Shown: piece by piece, positions 21,075 to 30,953 of the stretch
Layout: each line of letters opens with the position of its first letter
Position numbering within the stretch: position 1 is the first letter of the stretch
NCBI GenBank assembly: GCA_026989495.1
Contig: JALSJE010000054.1
Span: forward strand, 5,271 to 69,270
Direction: 5' to 3'
Length of the DNA stretch: 64,000 nucleotides
Origin: Gammaproteobacteria bacterium
Lineage (GTDB): Bacteria; Pseudomonadota; Gammaproteobacteria; S144-34
Notes under the pieces: model-generated
Told to the model about the DNA's origin: nothing
What the model saw: the letters and a program-made list of their open reading frames with translations, nothing else
Databases searched by the model: none
Translations under genes and position numbers: made by a program

Positions 21075-22213
21075 ACGGGGGACGCGCGGGCCTGCTGGGC
21101 CCGGACGAGACGCTCGCGCGGCGGCGCCCGGGCCTGCTCGCGCGGGCGCATCTCGACCTGCCGCTGCTCGCGGGCCTCACGGCCGTGGCGGGGCTGGGGC
21201 TGGTGGTGCTCTACAGCGCGGCGGGCGAGCGCATGGAGGTGGTGGCCCGTCAGCTCGTGCGCCTGGGAATCGGCTTCGGGGTGATGGTCGCCGCCGCCCA
21301 GGTCCCGCCCGCGGCCCTGCGGCGCTGGGCGCCGTGGCTGTACGGGCTCGGGGTGGTGCTGCTGGCCGCGGTGATGACGGTCGGCGAGACGGGCAAGGGC
21401 GCGCAGCGCTGGCTGGACCTGGGCCTCGTCCGCTTCCAGCCATCCGAGCTCATGAAGCTCGCCCTGCCGCTGGTGGTGGCCTGGCACCTGGCCGACGCCC
21501 ACCTGCCGCCGGACGCGCGGCGCGTGCTCGCCGCCGCCGCCGCCATCGCGGTCCCCGTGACACTCATCGCCCTCCAGCCCGACCTCGGCACGGCGCTGGT
21601 GGTGGGCGCGGCAGGCTTCTTCGCGCTCTTCCTGGCCGGGCTGCGGTGGCGCTGGCTCGCGGGGCTGGGCCTGGCCGCGGCGGCGGGCGCGCCGGCGCTC
21701 TGGCACTTCATGCACGACTACCAGCGCGCGCGCGTGCTGACCTTCCTCGACCCCGAGCGCGACCCGCTGGGGGCCGGCTACCACATCATCCAGTCCAAGA
21801 TCGCCATCGGCTCCGGCGGCCTGTTCGGCAAGGGCTGGCTGCACGGCACGCAGGCGCACCTGGAGTTCCTGCCGGAGCGTGCCACCGACTTCATCTTCGC
21901 CGTCCTGGGCGAGGAGTTCGGCCTCACCGGCACCGTGACCCTGCTCGCCCTGTATCTGTTCCTCGTGCTGCGCGGGCTGCACATCGCCGCGCGCGCCCAG
22001 GACACCTTCGCGCGGCTCACCGCCGGCGCGGTCAGCCTCACCTTCCTGGTCTATGCCTTCGTGAACACGGGGATGGTGACGGGGCTGCTGCCCGTCGTCG
22101 GGCTGCCGCTGCCGCTGGTGAGCTACGGGGGCACCTCGCTGGTGACCATGATGGCGGGCTTCGGTATCCTCATGTCGGTGCACACGCACCGCAAGCTGCT
22201 GTCGCCGTCGTGA
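21071..22213 (+). CDS. rodA: peptidoglycan glycosyltransferase RodA (SEDS family)
   Basis: ORF 21071..22213(+), 380 aa, ATGA overlap with mrdA. Contains QPSELMKLALPL, FIFAVLGEEFGLTG and LPLVSYGGTS. Confidence 0.95.
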   Translation: MNGGRAGLLGPDETLARRRPGLLARAHLDLPLLAGLTAVAGLGLVVLYSAAGERMEVVARQLVRLGIGFGVMVAAAQVPPAALRRWAPWLYGLGVVLLAAVMTVGETGKGAQRWLDLGLVRFQPSELMKLALPLVVAWHLADAHLPPDARRVLAAAAAIAVPVTLIALQPDLGTALVVGAAGFFALFLAGLRWRWLAGLGLAAAAGAPALWHFMHDYQRARVLTFLDPERDPLGAGYHIIQSKIAIGSGGLFGKGWLHGTQAHLEFLPERATDFIFAVLGEEFGLTGTVTLLALYLFLVLRGLHIAARAQDTFARLTAGAVSLTFLVYAFVNTGMVTGLLPVVGLPLPLVSYGGTSLVTMMAGFGILMSVHTHRKLLSPS

Positions 22214-23235
22214 ACGCAGGCAAGGGCATCGGCTGGCTCGCACTGGCGCTGGCCTGCGTGTCCGCGGGTGCGGCCGCCGCGCCCGGCTACGGCGACCGCC
22301 CCGAGGTGCGCCGCTACATCGACGAGCTCGCGCGCACCCACGGCTTCGCGCGCGAGCGGCTGCAGGCCCTCTTCAGCGGCCTGCACCCGCGCGCGGAGGT
22401 CCTGCGCGCCATCAGCGCCCCGGCCGAACGGCGCCCCTGGCACGCCTACCGCCCCATCTTCGTCAACGAGGCCCGCATCGCCGGCGGGGTGCGCTTCTGG
22501 CGCCGCCACCGCGCGCTGCTCGCGCGCGCCGAGGCGCGCTACGGGGTGGACGCGCGCGCCATCGTCGCCATCATCGGCGTCGAGACCCGCTACGGGCGCC
22601 ACACCGGCCGCCATCCGGTGCTCGCCTCGCTGGCCACGCTCGCCTTCGACTACCCGCCGCGGGCGGACTTCTTCCGCCGCGAGCTCACCGAATACCTGCT
22701 CCTCAGCCGCGAGGAGGGGCTCGATCCCCGCAAGGTCCGGGGCTCCTACGCGGGCGCCATGGGCAAGCCGCAGTTCATCCCCAGCAGCTACCGCCGCTAT
22801 GCGGTGGACTTCGACGGCGACGGCCGCCGCGACCTGTGGGCGAGCCCCGCCGACGCCATCGGCAGCGTGGCGAACTACCTGGCGCGGCACGGCTGGCGCC
22901 ACGGCGCGCCGGTGGCGGTGCGTGCGCGCGCCACGGGCGAGGCCTGGCGGGCGCTGCTCGGGCGGGGCCTGCGTCCGCATACGCGCCTCTCGGCCATCCG
23001 CGCCCGGGGCCTGGAGCCCGTGGCACCGGTGCCGGGCGATCCCGGGGCGGCCGTGCTCGAGCTCGAAGGTCCGAGCGGGCCGCTGCGCTGGGTCGTCTTC
23101 GCCAACTTCTGGACCATCACCCGCTACAACCGCAGCCCCAAGTACGCCATGGCCGTGCACGAGCTGAGCGAGGCGATCGAGGCGCGGCTGGCAGCGGGCG
23201 GGGAAGAAGATGAGGACGAGGATGGCCCGGCCTGA
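22210..23235 (+). CDS. mltB: lytic murein transglycosylase B
   Basis: This is the 3' part of ORF 21034..23235(+). The GTG at 22210 overlaps the rodA stop. Signal peptide is [25 protein letters not shown]. Contains [13 protein letters not shown] and [13 protein letters not shown], typical of MltB/SltB. Confidence 0.9.
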   Translation: MNAGKGIGWLALALACVSAGAAAAPGYGDRPEVRRYIDELARTHGFARERLQALFSGLHPRAEVLRAISAPAERRPWHAYRPIFVNEARIAGGVRFWRRHRALLARAEARYGVDARAIVAIIGVETRYGRHTGRHPVLASLATLAFDYPPRADFFRRELTEYLLLSREEGLDPRKVRGSYAGAMGKPQFIPSSYRRYAVDFDGDGRRDLWASPADAIGSVANYLARHGWRHGAPVAVRARATGEAWRALLGRGLRPHTRLSAIRARGLEPVAPVPGDPGAAVLELEGPSGPLRWVVFANFWTITRYNRSPKYAMAVHELSEAIEARLAAGGEEDEDEDGPA

Positions 23236-24049
23236 GCGGCGCCTCAGCGCGCCCGCCCTCCTGGCGGCGGCGCTGGCGCTCGCCGGTTGCGCGAGCTCAC
23301 CGGTGTGGGACGAGGAGGAGGCCTGGCCCGAGGCGGACGGCCCCCCGGCGCGGCCGGTGGATGTCTCGCGCGTGCCGGACGCCGTCCCGCGCCACGAGCC
23401 CCGCAGCCGCTACGGCAACCCCGACTCCTACGTGGTGGACGGCCGCCGCTACCACGTGCTGCCCACCGCGCGCGGCTACGTGGCCCGCGGCATCGCCTCC
23501 TGGTACGGGCGCAAGTTCCACGGCCGCCGCACCGCCAGCGGCGAGCCCTACGACATGTACCGCATGACGGCGGCGCACCGGACGCTCCCGCTGCCCACCT
23601 ACGTGCGCGTCACCAACCTCGAGAACGGGCGTTCGGTGGTCGTGCGCGTCAACGACCGCGGGCCCTTCCATCCCAACCGCATCATCGACCTCTCCTACGC
23701 CGCCGCCGCCAGGCTCGGCATGATCGAGCGCGGCACGGCGCTGGTGGAGGTGCGCGCGCTCACGCCGGGCGCGCCCGGGGCCGAGCCCGCGCGCCACGTG
23801 GCCCTGGAGGGCCGGCCGCGCATCTACGTGCAGGCCGGCGCCTTCGCCGACCGGCGCAACGCCGAGCGTCTGCGGCGGCGGCTGCTGCGCGCGGGGCTGC
23901 GGCGCATCGCCCTCATGCGTCACGACCACCTGGCGCTGCCCCTCTATCGTGTGCGCATCGGCCCGCTCGCGAGCGTGGAGGCCGCCGACCGCATCAGCGC
24001 CCGCCTCTGGGACCTGGGCATCCCCGACGCCCACGTCGTGGTGGACTGA
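23210..24049 (+). CDS. rlpA: septal ring lytic transglycosylase RlpA (DPBB + SPOR domains)
   Basis: ORF 23210..24049(+). Lipobox LALAGC. Contains [60 protein letters not shown] and a C-terminal SPOR-like segment. Confidence 0.93.
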   Translation: MRTRMARPERRLSAPALLAAALALAGCASSPVWDEEEAWPEADGPPARPVDVSRVPDAVPRHEPRSRYGNPDSYVVDGRRYHVLPTARGYVARGIASWYGRKFHGRRTASGEPYDMYRMTAAHRTLPLPTYVRVTNLENGRSVVVRVNDRGPFHPNRIIDLSYAAAARLGMIERGTALVEVRALTPGAPGAEPARHVALEGRPRIYVQAGAFADRRNAERLRRRLLRAGLRRIALMRHDHLALPLYRVRIGPLASVEAADRISARLWDLGIPDAHVVVD

Positions 24050-24124
24050 GCCGCCCCTCGCCTCCCGCGCCCCGCCCCCGTAGAATGGCGCCGCCCAGGG
24101 ACGCATCTGCGGGAGCCCGAATCC

Positions 24125-25273
24125 ATGCTCAAGCCTTCATTCCGAGCCCTGCCGCCCCTCTTGCTCGGGCTCGCCGCCCTGCTGGCGCAGGCCGCGCCCC
24201 CGGCCGTGGTGCCCGATCCACCCCGCCTCCAGGCGAAGAGCTGGATCCTGGAGGATTTCCACAGCGGCCGCGTGCTCGCCGCCCATGGACCGGACACGCG
24301 CATCGAGCCCGCCAGCATGACCAAGATGATGACGGTCTACGTGGCCCTGCACGAGATCCACGCCGGGCGGCTCCGCCTCGACGACCGCGTCACCGTGAGC
24401 GAGAAGGCCTGGCGCACGCCGGGCTCGCGCATGTTCATCGAGGTCGGCAGGCAGGTCACCGTCAAGGCGCTGCTCGATGGCATCATCGTCGTCTCCGGCA
24501 ACGACGCGAGCGTGGCGCTCGCCGAGCACATCGCCGGCAGCGAGGAGACCTTCGCCGGCCTCATGAACCGCTACGCCGCCGAGCTCGGCATGCGCAACAC
24601 CCGCTTCGCCAACGCCACGGGCCTGCCCCACCGCGACCACTACACCACCGTGGCCGATCTGGCGAAGCTCGCGCGCGCGCTCATCCGCGAGTTCCCGGAG
24701 GAGTACCGCTGGCACGCGATCCGGAAGTTCACCTGGAACGGCATCACCCAGTACAACCGCAACCGCCTGCTGTGGCGCGATCCCTCCGTGGACGGGATCA
24801 AGACCGGCCATACGGAATCCGCCGGCTACTGCCTGGCGGCCTCGGCCGAGCGCGACGGGATGCGGCTCATCGCGATCGTGGCGGGCACCAAGGGCGAGGA
24901 GGCCCGCGCGCGTGCCGCCCAGGCCCTGCTCAACTACGGCTTCCGCTTCTACGAGACCCGCCGTCTCTACGGCGCGGGCGAGGCGCTCGCACGTCCGCGG
25001 GTCTGGTTCGGCGCGGCCGGCGAGGTCCCGGCGGGGCTCGAGCGGGACCTCTACGTGACCTTCCCGCGCGGGCACTACGGGCGCCTCGAGGCCTCGCTCG
25101 CCCTGCCGCCGCGCCTGGAGGCGCCCATCGCGAAGGGACGACGCCTGGGGAGCGTGCGCGTGCGCTTCGCCGGTGAGCCCCTGGCCGAGGCCCCGGTGGT
25201 CGCCCTCGAGGCGGTGCCCGAAGGGAGCCTGTGGCAGCGCCTGCGCGACCGGGTGCTGCTCTGGTTCGAATGA
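24125..25273 (+). CDS. dacA: D-alanyl-D-alanine carboxypeptidase (PBP5/6 family)
   Basis: ORF 24125..25273(+). Contains SMTKMMT (SxxK), SGND (SxN) and KTGHT (KTG). rlpA-dacA-ybeD-lipB synteny. Confidence 0.94.
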   Translation: MLKPSFRALPPLLLGLAALLAQAAPPAVVPDPPRLQAKSWILEDFHSGRVLAAHGPDTRIEPASMTKMMTVYVALHEIHAGRLRLDDRVTVSEKAWRTPGSRMFIEVGRQVTVKALLDGIIVVSGNDASVALAEHIAGSEETFAGLMNRYAAELGMRNTRFANATGLPHRDHYTTVADLAKLARALIREFPEEYRWHAIRKFTWNGITQYNRNRLLWRDPSVDGIKTGHTESAGYCLAASAERDGMRLIAIVAGTKGEEARARAAQALLNYGFRFYETRRLYGAGEALARPRVWFGAAGEVPAGLERDLYVTFPRGHYGRLEASLALPPRLEAPIAKGRRLGSVRVRFAGEPLAEAPVVALEAVPEGSLWQRLRDRVLLWFE

Positions 25274-26136
25274 GCCGCGCCCCCCTGGCCCACCTGAATG
25301 GCGCCCTCGTGCCGCTCGCCGAGGCCCGCGTGAGCGTGCTCGACCGCGGCTTCCTCTTCGGCGACGGCGTCTACGAGATGGTCCCCGCCTACGGCGGCCG
25401 CCCTTTCCGGCTGGAAGCCCACCTGGACCGCCTCGGCCGCAGCCTTGCCGCCGTGGGCATCCCGAACCCCCACGATCCCGGACGCTGGCGCGCCATCGTC
25501 GAGGAAGTGGTTGCGGCCAACGGCGGCGGGGATCTCGCCGTCTACCTCCAGGTCACGCGCGGCGCCGCCCCGGCGCGCGACCATGCGCCGCCCACCGACC
25601 TGCGTCCCACCGTGCTCGTCATGGCGAGCCCCCTCCGGCCCCGCGCCGCGGAGGTGATGGAGGCGGGCGTGAGCGCGGTGCGGCTCGAGGACATCCGCTG
25701 GGCGCGCTGCGACATCAAGGCCGTGACGCTCCTCGCCAACGTGCTCGCGCGCCGGGAGGCTGCGCGCCGGGGGGCGGCCGAGGCCATCCTGGTGCGCGAC
25801 GGCGAGGTGACCGAAGGCGCTGCGAGCAACGTCTTCGCCGTCCTCGGCGGCGTGCTGGTCACGCCGCCCAAGGGCCCGCGCCTGCTGCCGGGCATCACCC
25901 GCGACGTGGTGCTCGAGCTCGCCGCCGCCGAGGGCATCCCGGCGCGGGAGGCACCGGTCGCGGCTGACGACCTCGACCGTGCCGAGGAGATCTGGCTCAC
26001 CAGCTCCACGCGCGAGCTGGTGCCGGTCACGCGCCTCGACGGCGTGCCGGTGGGCGACGGCCGGCCCGGCCCCCTGTGGCGGCGCCTGGATGCGGCCTAC
26101 CAGGCCCTCAAGGCCCGCCATCGCGCAGGGGCGTGA
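25270..26136 (+). CDS. class IV aminotransferase (D-amino-acid transaminase-like)
   Basis: ORF 25231..26136(+) with the ATG at 25270 overlapping the dacA stop (ATGA). Reads MSRAPLAHLNGALVPLAEARVSVLDRGFLFGDGVYEM..., with a fold-type IV pattern (CDIKAVTLLANVLA). Confidence 0.85.
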   Translation: MSRAPLAHLNGALVPLAEARVSVLDRGFLFGDGVYEMVPAYGGRPFRLEAHLDRLGRSLAAVGIPNPHDPGRWRAIVEEVVAANGGGDLAVYLQVTRGAAPARDHAPPTDLRPTVLVMASPLRPRAAEVMEAGVSAVRLEDIRWARCDIKAVTLLANVLARREAARRGAAEAILVRDGEVTEGAASNVFAVLGGVLVTPPKGPRLLPGITRDVVLELAAAEGIPAREAPVAADDLDRAEEIWLTSSTRELVPVTRLDGVPVGDGRPGPLWRRLDAAYQALKARHRAGA

Positions 26137-26212
26137 CCCCCTGGACGGCCCTGCCTCCCCGCGGGCATGATGGGTAGGATGCGGCCGCGCCGCGCAGCCC
26201 GGGCGCAGGACC

Positions 26213-26488
26213 ATGTCCGCCGACCGGCTCGAGCTCCCCGGGATCGCCTTTCCCTGCGACTTCGCCGTCAAGGCCATCGGCGCCGCCGGCGCGCGCCTGG
26301 AGGCCGAGGTGGTGGCCGCGGTGCGGCGCCACGCCCCGGATCTGGGCGAGGGGGCGGTGCGCGTGCGGCCCAGCGCGGGCGGGCGCTACCAGGCCGTGAC
26401 CGTGACGCTGCGGGCGCGCTCGCGCGAGCAGCTCGAGCGCATCTACCGTGAGCTCCACGCCCTGGAATCGGTGCTGATGGTGCTGTGA
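26213..26488 (+). CDS. ybeD: YbeD/DUF493 family protein
   Basis: ORF 26213..26488(+), 91 aa ([21 protein letters not shown]...). Conserved position upstream of lipB. Confidence 0.85.
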   Translation: MSADRLELPGIAFPCDFAVKAIGAAGARLEAEVVAAVRRHAPDLGEGAVRVRPSAGGRYQAVTVTLRARSREQLERIYRELHALESVLMVL

Positions 26489-27135
26489 GCGCCCCTGCCG
26501 CCTCCGCCCTGCCCACGGTGCGCATCCGTCGCCTCGGGCGCCGGCCCTACGAGCCGGTCTGGCGCGCCATGCAGCGCTTCACGGACGCGCGCGGCCCGGC
26601 GACGCCCGACGAGATCTGGTGCGTGGAGCACCCGCCCGTCTACACCCTGGGGCTCGCCGGGCGCGAGGCCCACGTGCTCGACCCGGGCGCCATCCCCGTG
26701 GTGCGCTGCGACCGCGGCGGCCAGGTCACCTACCACGGCCCCGGCCAGGCCGTGGTCTATACCCTGGTGGACCTGCGCCGCGCCGGCCTCGGCCCGCGCG
26801 CCTGGGTCACGGCCCTGGAGCAGGCGGTCATCGACCTGCTGGCCGGGCACGGCATCGCCGGCGCGCGCGATCCCGGCGCGCCCGGCGTGTATGTGGGCGG
26901 CGCCAAGGTGGCGGCCCTGGGGCTCAGGGTGCGCCGCGGCTGCGCCTACCACGGGCTCGCCGTGAACGTGGCCATGGATCTGGCCCCCTTCGCGCGCATC
27001 GACCCCTGCGGGCGGCCGGGCCAGCCCGTGACCCAGCTCGCCGACCTGGGCGGGCCCTCCGACCCCGAGGCCGTCGCCCTGGATCTCGCCGCGCGGCTGG
27101 CCGCCGCCCTGCACCGGCGCGCTCCGGTGGTATAG
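26485..27135 (+). CDS. lipB: octanoyltransferase
   Basis: ORF 26485..27135(+). GTG overlaps the ybeD stop. Contains EHPPVYTLG...[12 protein letters not shown]...[19 protein letters not shown]. Confidence 0.94.
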   Translation: MSAPAASALPTVRIRRLGRRPYEPVWRAMQRFTDARGPATPDEIWCVEHPPVYTLGLAGREAHVLDPGAIPVVRCDRGGQVTYHGPGQAVVYTLVDLRRAGLGPRAWVTALEQAVIDLLAGHGIAGARDPGAPGVYVGGAKVAALGLRVRRGCAYHGLAVNVAMDLAPFARIDPCGRPGQPVTQLADLGGPSDPEAVALDLAARLAAALHRRAPVV

Positions 27136-27143
27136 TCGGCGCC

Positions 27144-28112
27144 ATGTCCCGCGAGCCCAGGAGATCACCGGCGCCCGCCCCGGGCGCGCGCGAGGAGGGC
27201 GCGGCCAAGATGGCGCGGCTCCCGGTGCGGCCCCCGCCCACGGCGCGCCCGCCGCGCAAGCCCGCCTGGATCCGTGCCAGGGCGCCCACCTCGCCGGAGG
27301 TGCAGCGCCTCAAGCGCATCCTGCGCGCCCACCGCCTGCACACCGTCTGCGAGGAGGCCTCCTGCCCCAACCTCGGCGAGTGCTTCGGCCACGGCACCGC
27401 CACCTTCATGATCCTGGGCGACGTCTGCACCCGCCGCTGCCCCTTCTGCGACGTGGCCCACGGGCGCCCCCTGCCGCCGGACCCGGACGAGCCGGAGCGC
27501 CTGGCCGCGACGGTGGCGGCCATGGGGCTGCGCTACGTGGTCGTCACCTCGGTGGACCGCGACGACCTGCGCGACGGGGGCGCCGGCCACTTCGCCGCCT
27601 GCGTGCGCGCCCTGCGCGCGCGCTGCCCCGGCATCCGGGTGGAGCTCCTCGTGCCGGACTTCCGCGGGCGGCTCGAGCGCGCGCTCGAGGCGCTGTCCGA
27701 GGCGCCGCCCGACGTCATGAACCACAACCTCGAGACCGTGCCGAGGCTCTACCGCACGGTGCGGCCCGGCGCCGACTACGCCCACTCCCTGCGGCTGCTC
27801 GAGCGCTTCAAGGCGCGCCATCCGGACGTTCCCACCAAGTCCGGGCTGATGGTGGGCCTGGGCGAGACGCTGGAAGAGGTCGAGCAGGTCATGCGCGACC
27901 TGCGCGACCACGGCGTGGACATGCTCACCGTGGGCCAGTACCTCCAGCCCTCGGCGCACCACCTGCCCGTGGCGCGCTACGTCACGCCCGAGGAGTTCGA
28001 GCGCATCGCCTCGCTCGGCCGGGCGCTCGGCTTCTCCCACGTGGCGAGCGGGCCGCTCGTGCGCAGCTCCTACCACGCCGACCTGCAGGCGCGGGAGGTC
28101 ATCGGCGGCTGA
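27144..28112 (+). CDS. lipA: lipoyl synthase
   Basis: This is the 3' part of ORF 26619..28112(+), with the ATG at 27144. Contains [12 protein letters not shown] and the radical-SAM motif CTRRCPFC. Confidence 0.96.
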   Translation: MSREPRRSPAPAPGAREEGAAKMARLPVRPPPTARPPRKPAWIRARAPTSPEVQRLKRILRAHRLHTVCEEASCPNLGECFGHGTATFMILGDVCTRRCPFCDVAHGRPLPPDPDEPERLAATVAAMGLRYVVVTSVDRDDLRDGGAGHFAACVRALRARCPGIRVELLVPDFRGRLERALEALSEAPPDVMNHNLETVPRLYRTVRPGADYAHSLRLLERFKARHPDVPTKSGLMVGLGETLEEVEQVMRDLRDHGVDMLTVGQYLQPSAHHLPVARYVTPEEFERIASLGRALGFSHVASGPLVRSSYHADLQAREVIGG

Positions 28113-28120
28113 CGCCGGCG

Positions 28121-28936
28121 ATGGAGGTCGCGCTCACCCGCCTCGCCGAGGCCCTCGTGATGCCGCTGGGGCTCGCGCTCCTGCTCGGCCTCGCCGCCCT
28201 CGCCCTCGCCGCCCTGCGCCGGCCCCGCGCCGCCGTGGGCCTCGGCGCGCTCGCCCTCGGCCTGCTCTACCTCGCCGGCATCCCCGCCACCGGCCAGTGG
28301 CTGGCGCGCCTCAACGAGGCCGGCATCGCCCCGCTGCCGCCCGAGGGCCCGCTGCCGGCGGCGGATGCCATCGTGGTGCTCGGCGCGGGCCGCTATGCCG
28401 ACGCCCCCGAGTACGGCGGCGACACGGCCTCGCGGCTCGCCCTCGAGCGGCTGCGCTACGCCGCCCGCCTCCACCGCCGCACGGGCCTGCCCGTGCTCGT
28501 CACCGGCGGGCGGCCGCTGCCCGGCGAGGCGGTGCCGGAGGCCGTCTTCCTCGCCCGCGTGCTGCGCGAGGACCTCGGCGTGCCGGCCGGCCGGGTGCAC
28601 GCCGAGGCCGCCGCCCGCACGACCTGGGAGAACGCCCGCAACACCGCCCGCTGGCTCGAGGCCCGGGGCTGGACGCGCATCTTCCTCGTCACCCACGCCC
28701 AGCACATGCGCCGCGCGCTCGCGAGCTACGCCGGCACGGGCATCGAGGTCATCCCCGCGCCCACGCGCTTCTCCACGCCGGATGCGATGGCCCGCGGCCC
28801 GTTCCGGTGGCTTCCCTCCGCCGCGGCCCTCGAGGGCACCACCCGGCACCTGCACGAGCTCCTCGGCCGCCTCTGGTACCGCCTGCGCCACGGCGCGGGC
28901 GCCCCCAGGACTAGCGCGCGAGCACCAGCAGCTTGA
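28121..28936 (+). CDS. YdcF/ElyC (DUF218) family membrane-anchored protein
   Basis: This is the 3' part of ORF 27380..28936(+), with the ATG at 28121. It has an N-terminal TM segment, IVVLGAG, and ARTTWENARNTARWL, typical of DUF218. Confidence 0.8.
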   Translation: MEVALTRLAEALVMPLGLALLLGLAALALAALRRPRAAVGLGALALGLLYLAGIPATGQWLARLNEAGIAPLPPEGPLPAADAIVVLGAGRYADAPEYGGDTASRLALERLRYAARLHRRTGLPVLVTGGRPLPGEAVPEAVFLARVLREDLGVPAGRVHAEAAARTTWENARNTARWLEARGWTRIFLVTHAQHMRRALASYAGTGIEVIPAPTRFSTPDAMARGPFRWLPSAAALEGTTRHLHELLGRLWYRLRHGAGAPRTSARAPAA

Positions 28937-30023
28937 GGGAATTCCCCCGCAGGCAGAGCCTGTACGCCTCCCGGCCAGCGCGTGCCAACACCGCCCGCGC
29001 CTGGGCCGCGTCACGCATGAGCAGCCTCAAGGGCCATGTCTGGCCCTCGCGACGATATCTGAAGACGAGGGTACGCCCCTCCTGGCTCATCGGATAACGG
29101 CGATCGAGCTCCAGGCACCCGCTCGCCATGCGGAAGGGACCGCGGCTGAAGCGGCCGTCGGACCGCTCGGCCCACAGCACGCCGCCATCGCCGACCTGGA
29201 GGTGATAGCAGAGCCTGCCGCCGGGAGCCACGCTGCCCAGGATCTCGCGCACGACCTCGGCCCAACGTCGCGCTTCCTCGCCTCTCGCGATGTAGTAGAT
29301 CGTGCCCCCTCGCGAGACCAGCCATATACCGCCAGACTGCCGCAGGGCCGTCCTTCCGGCCACGACCCGTCGGCAGCCGAAGGTGTGCCCGTCGCCGAAG
29401 ACGTCCCGCAGGGCGAGCGGGCGCGCTGGCCTGGGCTCGCCGGTGGAAGGCGCGGCCCGCCCGCTCGGACGCCGCTGCGCGGTGCCCGCGCCGGACTCGC
29501 GCGCCGGTGGCGGTGGCGCGGGCCGCGCCGAGACCGATGGGCCAGCCCGGTGCGCGCCCGTCCTGTAGGCGAGCGAGACGATGCGGTAGCGGCCCGGTCC
29601 GGTGCGCTCGGCCATGAAGCGCAACGTGCGGCCGGCATGCAGATCGTCGAAGAGCCGCTGCGCCCGGCGGTCGCGGAAGCGGACCGCCGGGGGCGCCCCC
29701 TGCACCGCGAGCAGCGAGTCGAGCCCCGCCCGGTCGAGCCGCAGCACGAAGCGCACCTCGCCGCGCAGGCTCTCGCCTGGCCGCGTCATGGGCCGGTCAT
29801 GGAAGGCGCAGGTGCCGCGCGGCAGGCGTCCGGCCCGCGCCGCGCGCGGCGCGGGCCGGAATCCGCCCACCTCCACCTCGCGGCGCGTCCCGTCGTAGCT
29901 CAGGTAGCTGCGGCCGGCCTCCGGCGAGCACGCGACCGGCCAGCCCTCCGCCACCGACTCCGCCGAGACCAGCAGCCCGCCCATGGCCAGCGCAAGCATC
30001 GGTGAACGTCGCTTCGGTCTCAT
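28911..30023 (-). CDS. hypothetical secreted protein (two domains joined by a Pro/Ala/Arg-rich linker)
   Basis: This is the 3' part of ORF 28911..30635(-). The ATG at 30023 is preceded by GGGGGA. Signal-like N-terminus is MRPKRRSPMLALAMGGLLVSAESVA. Composition is more protein-like (Y/W/F/I) than the competing plus-strand ORF 28365..30005, which is Arg/Ala/Pro junk. I recognise no family. Confidence 0.55.
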   Translation of the reverse strand: MRPKRRSPMLALAMGGLLVSAESVAEGWPVACSPEAGRSYLSYDGTRREVEVGGFRPAPRAARAGRLPRGTCAFHDRPMTRPGESLRGEVRFVLRLDRAGLDSLLAVQGAPPAVRFRDRRAQRLFDDLHAGRTLRFMAERTGPGRYRIVSLAYRTGAHRAGPSVSARPAPPPPARESGAGTAQRRPSGRAAPSTGEPRPARPLALRDVFGDGHTFGCRRVVAGRTALRQSGGIWLVSRGGTIYYIARGEEARRWAEVVREILGSVAPGGRLCYHLQVGDGGVLWAERSDGRFSRGPFRMASGCLELDRRYPMSQEGRTLVFRYRREGQTWPLRLLMRDAAQARAVLARAGREAYRLCLRGNSLKLLVLAR

Positions 30024-30209
30024 GGCGTCCCCCCTGCTCATGCGCAAGACTGCGCGGGTCCCACACCAGCGCCTCTCAGGATAACGCGTGCCGAGCCTTG
30101 CCTGATGAACCGCCCACGCGGTGGCAGCGACCCAGGGGCGAGCGCGGCGGGCGCGAGACCCGCCCGCGGAGCAGACCCGAACAGCCGAGGACGGAGAGGA
30201 GGAAAGGCG

Positions 30210-30890
30210 ATGAACGCACATGGCAAGGACACGAAGACCCGCTTCCGCGCCCGCGCGGGCGCGCTCGCGCTGGCGGTGGCCGCCGCGCTCGGCGGCACGC
30301 TGCCCGCGCAGGCCGGCGGCGACGGCATCCGTGTCAAGAGCGGGATCAAGGGGGTCGCCAACATGAACTACCGCTGCCAGGGCCCCGATCCCGCCGTCGT
30401 GAGCTTCAGGGTCGGGCGCATCCAGCGCATCGACCGCTACAATGCCCGTGTCGAGCTGGTGGCCACGATCCGCAATCTCGGCACCGAGGACCTGGGCGAC
30501 ACGCGCGGGAAGCTCGGGGCGGCGATCGCGTACAGGCCCGCCGGCGGCCGCAGCGGCCGGGTGCTCGCCAGCATCGAGCTGCGCGACCTGCCCAAGGGCC
30601 GGGGCGCCATGCGCATCGTGCGCGGCTGGACGCACATCTCCACCTCGCAGGAGTTCCCCGGCACCTTCTCGGCCTACGTCTCGGGCGACCCGGACTGGCA
30701 GACGCAGTTCGACTGCAACGCGACCAACAACCTGCGCCGCCTGTCCGAGCGCGACGTCATGAACCGGGTGGCCCAGGTGCTGCAGCGCGCCCCGCAGGGC
30801 CGCGCCTACGAGGCCATCCAGCGCGAACGGTACCGCAGGGCGCAGGACCTGATCTCGCCCAAGGCGCCGAAGCCGGTCTTCGGCCGCTGA
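30210..30890 (+). CDS. hypothetical secreted protein (226 aa)
   Basis: ORF 30105..30890(+) trimmed to the ATG at 30210, which has a strong SD (GGAGAGGAGGAAAGG). Signal peptide is ...RFRARAGALALAVAAALGGTLPAQA. A terminator hairpin follows. I recognise no family. Confidence 0.65.
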   Translation: MNAHGKDTKTRFRARAGALALAVAAALGGTLPAQAGGDGIRVKSGIKGVANMNYRCQGPDPAVVSFRVGRIQRIDRYNARVELVATIRNLGTEDLGDTRGKLGAAIAYRPAGGRSGRVLASIELRDLPKGRGAMRIVRGWTHISTSQEFPGTFSAYVSGDPDWQTQFDCNATNNLRRLSERDVMNRVAQVLQRAPQGRAYEAIQRERYRRAQDLISPKAPKPVFGR

Positions 30891-30906
30891 GCCGGGCGAG
30901 CCATGC

Positions 30907-30943
30907 GCCCGCGCCCGGCCTGCCGGGCGCGGGCCTTTCTTCG
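30907..30943 (+). terminator. Rho-independent terminator-like hairpin
   Basis: gcccgcgcccgg (30907..30918), loop cctg, then ccgggcgcgggc (30923..30934) form a perfect 12-bp GC stem followed by ctttcttcg. Lies between convergent genes. Confidence 0.6.
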
Positions 30944-30953
30944 CGCGCCGGGC

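Noticed and set aside
28365-30005. A plus-strand 546-aa ORF competing with the minus-strand secreted-protein call.
   Set aside because: Its composition is dominated by A/R/P/S/G with no hydrophobic periodicity, and its first third overlaps the well-supported ydcF-like gene in another frame. The minus-strand ORF has an SD, a signal peptide and more balanced composition. This remains a judgement call (see the related finding).
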